A stretch of 63,974 nucleotides of DNA, the filler included, from an uncultured bacterium (lineage in GTDB: Bacteria; Hinthialibacterota; Hinthialibacteria; Hinthialibacterales; Hinthialibacteraceae): assembly GCA_964449065.1 (NCBI GenBank). It is 5 parts of 5 records of this genome, joined end to end, with 100 filler letters (N's around TTAATTAATTAA, not from the genome) between each part and the next. Parts side by side here need not be neighbours in the genome. Positions count along the whole stretch, not along the records: positions 57,856 to 63,974 come from CAYVAZ010000313.1; 4 more parts are not named here. The stretch is one strand, 5' to 3'. The notes beneath the pieces are model-generated. The model made no database searches, was not told the DNA's origin, and worked only from the letters and a program-made list of their open reading frames with translations. The translations under genes were made by a program, and so were the position numbers. Of the stretch, positions 60,102-63,974 are shown one piece after another. Each line of letters starts with the position of its first letter. The first letter of the stretch is position 1.

Positions 60102-61832
60102 TTACCTTATGTATTGAAATTCTGGCGATACCGCGAGTGACCATAAAATATCCGACCATTCTTTCTCATCGATATCCGGGCCGAAGAATTTGAGTGTGAA
60201 TTTCAGTTCGTCCTCACTGGGTGGTCTTGAATACATGCTCATAAATACGGTTTCGACCGCTTTTTCCGCGTCTTCAATCCCGGCCAAATGCTCTTGAATG
60301 TCGGCTTCGTAGACCATTTCGTACAGGTCAGGGCCGTTGATGAGTTCCAACGCTTGCAGCACCGCCACATCATCCGAGCGCAGGGTTTGGATCTCATTCC
60401 GTGTGGCCGGGCGTCCCAACGCGAGGGTTAATGCCGTTGTCGTCTCATCAAAGCTGATGCGCTTATCCAGTTCACCCAATGCCAGATTGAGTGAGTCCAA
60501 ATATTGCTCAGCCGTCAGTTTGCGCAATTGCGGCGACCGGAAGGCGCGCGGGTAATCCGAGCCGTCTTCATAGCGGTCGGCCAACTCTTCATCGTACTGC
60601 AACTGATAGGTGTTGGAATTCATGATCAGGCGGATCATGTGTTTAATGTCGTATCCGTTGGCGGCGAACTCGTATGCCATCCAATCCAGCAGTTCGGGAT
60701 GAGACGGCGGGATATCCTGGCGGAAATTATCGACCGGCTCGACCAGCCCCAAGCCGATGTAGCGTTTCCATAAGCGGTTGACGAATGCCCGGGCAAAGCG
60801 CGGATTGGCCGGGTCAACCAAGAAGCGGGTAACTTCACTGAGGCGGCCTTTTAATGAATCCAAGTTATCCGGATTCGCTTCGCCGCTGTTGAAGATGTAG
60901 GCGGGTTTCACGTAAACGCCTTGGGGTTCTTCACAGCGGATGATCTCTAAATTTTCTTCCGAAAAGAAGCTGGCAAATTGGAAAAAGCGTTTTTGTGTCC
61001 AGTTAAAGTTTAAGAAATCATCATGGCAGGACGCGCATTTCATTTTGGTGCCCAAGAACACCTGCCCGATGTTGGCGGCGGTTAGCAGTGAATCCTGATG
61101 GGTTTCGGATTTCACGAATCCGCCGCGGTATTTGACCGCGGTTGGATCGATTAACTGCGCGGTGAAGACATCATACGGCTTGTTCTCTTTAAAGGATTCA
61201 TAAATATACTTGCGGAAATTGGCGCGGGTGCCGACACCGCCCTGGTGCTTGCCGTTGCTGGCGAGGGCGTCTTCCCAAAACTGCACCCAATGCGCGGCAT
61301 AGTCTTCATCTTGCGCCAGCACTGTGTCGATCAGCTTTGCCCGTTTGGTTTTGGAATCATCTTCGATGAATGCTTCGACCTCTGTGGCTGCGGGGATGAT
61401 GCCGGTGATATCGAGATAGACGCGGCGGATGAAGGTGTAATCGCTGCAAACTTCCGGGGCATCCTCTTCATCCCACTTTGCCATGACGAAGCGGTCTATG
61501 GGGTTGGATATCTCTTCGGATGGGGCATCGGGAATGCTGGGTTTCTCTAGCGTTTGCATACGTTCCATGCGCCAGCGTGCCATTTGGGCGAGGTAGGCTT
61601 GATACGAGGCTTCTTCCGCCTTGCCGGCAAATTGTTCGGCCTGCTTGGAAGCTTCGATTGCCTGTTGGGCCGCTTTGGCTGCATCGCGCGCGGCTTTCTT
61701 CGCCGCTTCCGCTGCTGCTGCCGATTTCTCAACCGCGGTGTTTTCTTTCTTCTTTAATTCATCCAGTGTTTCTGAATATGCCGGTGAGAGGAATAAAACG
61801 CTTAGTAGTAAGATGATTTTCCAATGATACAT
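60102..61832 (-). CDS. DUF1549/DUF1553 (PSD1-type) protein
   Basis: NPIDRFV, FIRRVYLDITGIIP, CASCHD, FVNRLWK...GLGLVEPVD, PPSHPELLDWMA and SPEFQY motifs. Confidence 0.93.
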   Translation of the reverse strand: MYHWKIILLLSVLFLSPAYSETLDELKKKENTAVEKSAAAAEAAKKAARDAAKAAQQAIEASKQAEQFAGKAEEASYQAYLAQMARWRMERMQTLEKPSIPDAPSEEISNPIDRFVMAKWDEEDAPEVCSDYTFIRRVYLDITGIIPAATEVEAFIEDDSKTKRAKLIDTVLAQDEDYAAHWVQFWEDALASNGKHQGGVGTRANFRKYIYESFKENKPYDVFTAQLIDPTAVKYRGGFVKSETHQDSLLTAANIGQVFLGTKMKCASCHDDFLNFNWTQKRFFQFASFFSEENLEIIRCEEPQGVYVKPAYIFNSGEANPDNLDSLKGRLSEVTRFLVDPANPRFARAFVNRLWKRYIGLGLVEPVDNFRQDIPPSHPELLDWMAYEFAANGYDIKHMIRLIMNSNTYQLQYDEELADRYEDGSDYPRAFRSPQLRKLTAEQYLDSLNLALGELDKRISFDETTTALTLALGRPATRNEIQTLRSDDVAVLQALELINGPDLYEMVYEADIQEHLAGIEDAEKAVETVFMSMYSRPPSEDELKFTLKFFGPDIDEKEWSDILWSLAVSPEFQYIR

Positions 61833-62026
61833 AACTGTTCCCTGCTCTAACGATCGGTTTGGCTGTTAGAAAAAATCGATGATTCAACACAAAGTGTACA
61901 TCTCCAAATTGGGTTATGTGTTCTTTATTAAATTATAACGTATTTTTCCCGGAAAAAAAATGGAATCGGGGCACATTTCGGTGTGCCCTTGAATCCACCG
62001 AAAAACAAATCCAACATAAAACGGTT

Positions 62027-62135
62027 TAGTACAGTGTCAACGATTTATTGACGGGTATCGATCCCCCCTAGCCCCCCTTAACAAGGGGGGGAACAACGGA
62101 AATCCAGCCGTCATTTTTTGATTGTCACAATACTA
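62027..62135. mobile_element. MITE, family C (~109 bp, TA-bounded)
   Basis: Imperfect ~28-bp TIRs (TAGTACAGTGTCAACGATTTATTGACGG and reverse TAGTATTGTGACAATCAAAAAATGACGG) around a CCCCCTT/AAGGGGG hairpin; second copy at 43480. Confidence 0.72.
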
Positions 62136-63512
62136 GTAAACAGACCATTGGTCCACGCTGACAAAGGTTTCGAAATCATCGGTGAAGATGACGTCGCCGG
62201 CTTCGTTGCGGATTTCAACGTTATCAAATGCCGATACTTCACCCGAAACCGTGCTGCCTCCCAAGCCGGCAAAGCCGTCTAAGCGGTCTTCCACTCCGGG
62301 AAATTCCCATGGCAGCATTTCGATTGCGCTGTCCGGGTTGTCTCGCTCGGTAAAGGTGCCGTCAACAACAAAACCGTCCGAGCGGAAATCGAAGGTGTAC
62401 CAGGTTCCGACATCCCACGGGATGGAGTTGTCATCCAAATTCGCCCAAGCAGTGAAGTCATTCAAGAATTCAACCGTATTGATGTTGTCATGAAACAGCA
62501 TCATGATGCCGCGCGCTTCACCTGGTCCGCGGTCGCTGGGTTCTCTTCCCCCACCACGGCCTTCCGGCTGAATATGGAGCCCGACACCGGAGCGGCTGAA
62601 GTCGGCATTGGCGCCAGGAATAAACAATTCATCATGCCAGGACAGCATTTGCACATCGGCTTTGATGGAAGCGCCGCCGACAATTTCTTGATTGAACCAC
62701 ACTTTTTTGGGATCCAGCCGGCTGGTGGCGATGCAGAACAGCACGCCATCGTTCACCACCCAATAGCCGCCTTCCCCCCAGGCCCAGTCATCGCTCAGGC
62801 CGACGGTTTGGGGAATTTGTTCAAGATCGCCTTCAAAATCATCGGAGAATACGGTTTGGCCGTTTACGATGACTTCAAAGTTATCGAAAACCGCGACTTC
62901 CCCCTGCACGTTAGGCCCGGTGATACCCGCGAAGCCTTCGGGGCGGTCGGAAAATTCCCACGGGTCGAGAGTGATGGTGTTGTCCGGATTCTCAACCTGC
63001 GTTACGGTACCGCTGACCGTGTTTCCTTCCACGGAGAGTTCCATGGTATACATCACACCCTTTTCCCAAGCGAATTCGCCGTCGTTGGTGTTGGCCCAGG
63101 CGCGGAAATCGTTGAGGTACTCAACGGTGTTTAAATCTTCATGAAACAGCAGGTTTACCCCACGGTCTTGGCCGTCTGTTTCTTGCGGGGCCAATCGCAC
63201 GGCAACGCCGCCGCGGCTAAGGTCTTCGCCGTCAAACCAGGATTCCATGCGCACATCGCACCGGACGGTGTAATCCGTGCCGAAATCCTGATTGATCCAC
63301 GCGTGAAGCGGATCGGTGTTGCCATCGATATTGGCGACATACAATACCCGGTTGCCGCGCAAATCGTTGCCGAAAAACTCGACTTCATCCGCGACTACAT
63401 ACACCCCGTTTCCGGTCACCCAATCCGAACTGAGGCTGTAATGGAACTGCGCCCAACCGGATAATGGGAACATCAAAACTGCTGCGAAAACCCCTATACA
63501 AATTTTCTTCAT
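62133..63512 (-). CDS. Secreted acidic protein with two tandem ConA/DUF1080-like beta-sandwich repeats
   Basis: Signal peptide from ATG 63512 (GGAGGAG RBS); internal duplication (RGVNLLFHEDLNTVEYLNDF / RGIMMLFHDNINTVEFLNDF; FDNFEV..FSDDFE / FDNVEI..FTDDFE). Confidence 0.75.
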   Translation of the reverse strand: MKKICIGVFAAVLMFPLSGWAQFHYSLSSDWVTGNGVYVVADEVEFFGNDLRGNRVLYVANIDGNTDPLHAWINQDFGTDYTVRCDVRMESWFDGEDLSRGGVAVRLAPQETDGQDRGVNLLFHEDLNTVEYLNDFRAWANTNDGEFAWEKGVMYTMELSVEGNTVSGTVTQVENPDNTITLDPWEFSDRPEGFAGITGPNVQGEVAVFDNFEVIVNGQTVFSDDFEGDLEQIPQTVGLSDDWAWGEGGYWVVNDGVLFCIATSRLDPKKVWFNQEIVGGASIKADVQMLSWHDELFIPGANADFSRSGVGLHIQPEGRGGGREPSDRGPGEARGIMMLFHDNINTVEFLNDFTAWANLDDNSIPWDVGTWYTFDFRSDGFVVDGTFTERDNPDSAIEMLPWEFPGVEDRLDGFAGLGGSTVSGEVSAFDNVEIRNEAGDVIFTDDFETFVSVDQWSVY

Positions 63513-63974
63513 ATTGCTCCTCCAAAATAAATTAAGCGGTAAACCGCATAAACCCCAAAGGCAAATCGTATGGCAGATCTGTCTCGTGAAACAAGAATTA
63601 CGTAAAAAGAAGAATCTGTGAATATGTTTCGGACAAGAATCGATATTTTTCGGTGTTTTGTCAAGGGAGTAGAAAATGGGGGGGGCTGTTATCACTCTTC
63701 GTAAAAAGAGAATGTTCCAGAAAAGGAATGGGGTGGAAGGGAACTGACAGCCTATAATTTTCCCTAGCCCAATGTAATTACGTTAAGGATCGTTCTTATA
63801 CCAATTCAATTTAGGATTGGTAAGTATGACAACCCTTTTCTTACATCCTGTTGGGGTGTATTCAATTCAGATTTGTGGGTAAACCTCAGCAAGTTGGAAA
63901 AAAGGTTTTTGCGGGCTGGAAGTCTGTACCACATTTTTTAACCGCGAATGCACGCGAATAACAGCGGGAGTATT

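Overview
This window is not one contiguous locus. It joins five contigs with 100-nt N44-TTAATTAATTAA-N44 linkers (14402-14501, 28897-28996, 43380-43479, 57756-57855), and the complete contigs decrease in length (14395, 14383, 14276 nt), so gene adjacency across linkers means nothing. Contigs 1, 3, 4 and 5 have moderate GC, share REP/MITE families and look like one bacterium with PVC/OLB16-like gene content. They carry hypF/hypA, adk, glmS, purF, nagA, waaF, nrdJ, DUF1501 and DUF1549/1553 genes, an IS1634 element, a lone portal-like gene and three deletion-fused gene remnants. Contig 2 (14502-28896) is much more GC-rich and looks alphaproteobacterial. It is a tRNA-Arg(ACG)-targeting integrative element resembling a phage satellite (PICI/P4-like), with an att fragment, tyrosine integrase, excisionase-like HTH, Toprim primase, P-loop helicase with an iteron-like ori, and an HGGxSTG/TerS-like gene. 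Fitted exactly between the integrase and this replication/packaging module is a complete compact type II-C CRISPR-Cas9 system: tracrRNA, 1064-aa Cas9, cas1, cas2 and 38 visible repeats. Other notable items are an ECF-sigma-like protein apparently interrupted by WD40-like blades and a double zinc ribbon, and an unannotated structured transcription unit encoding a 24-aa Cys-rich peptide. All family calls are from motif recognition by eye; no database searches were run.
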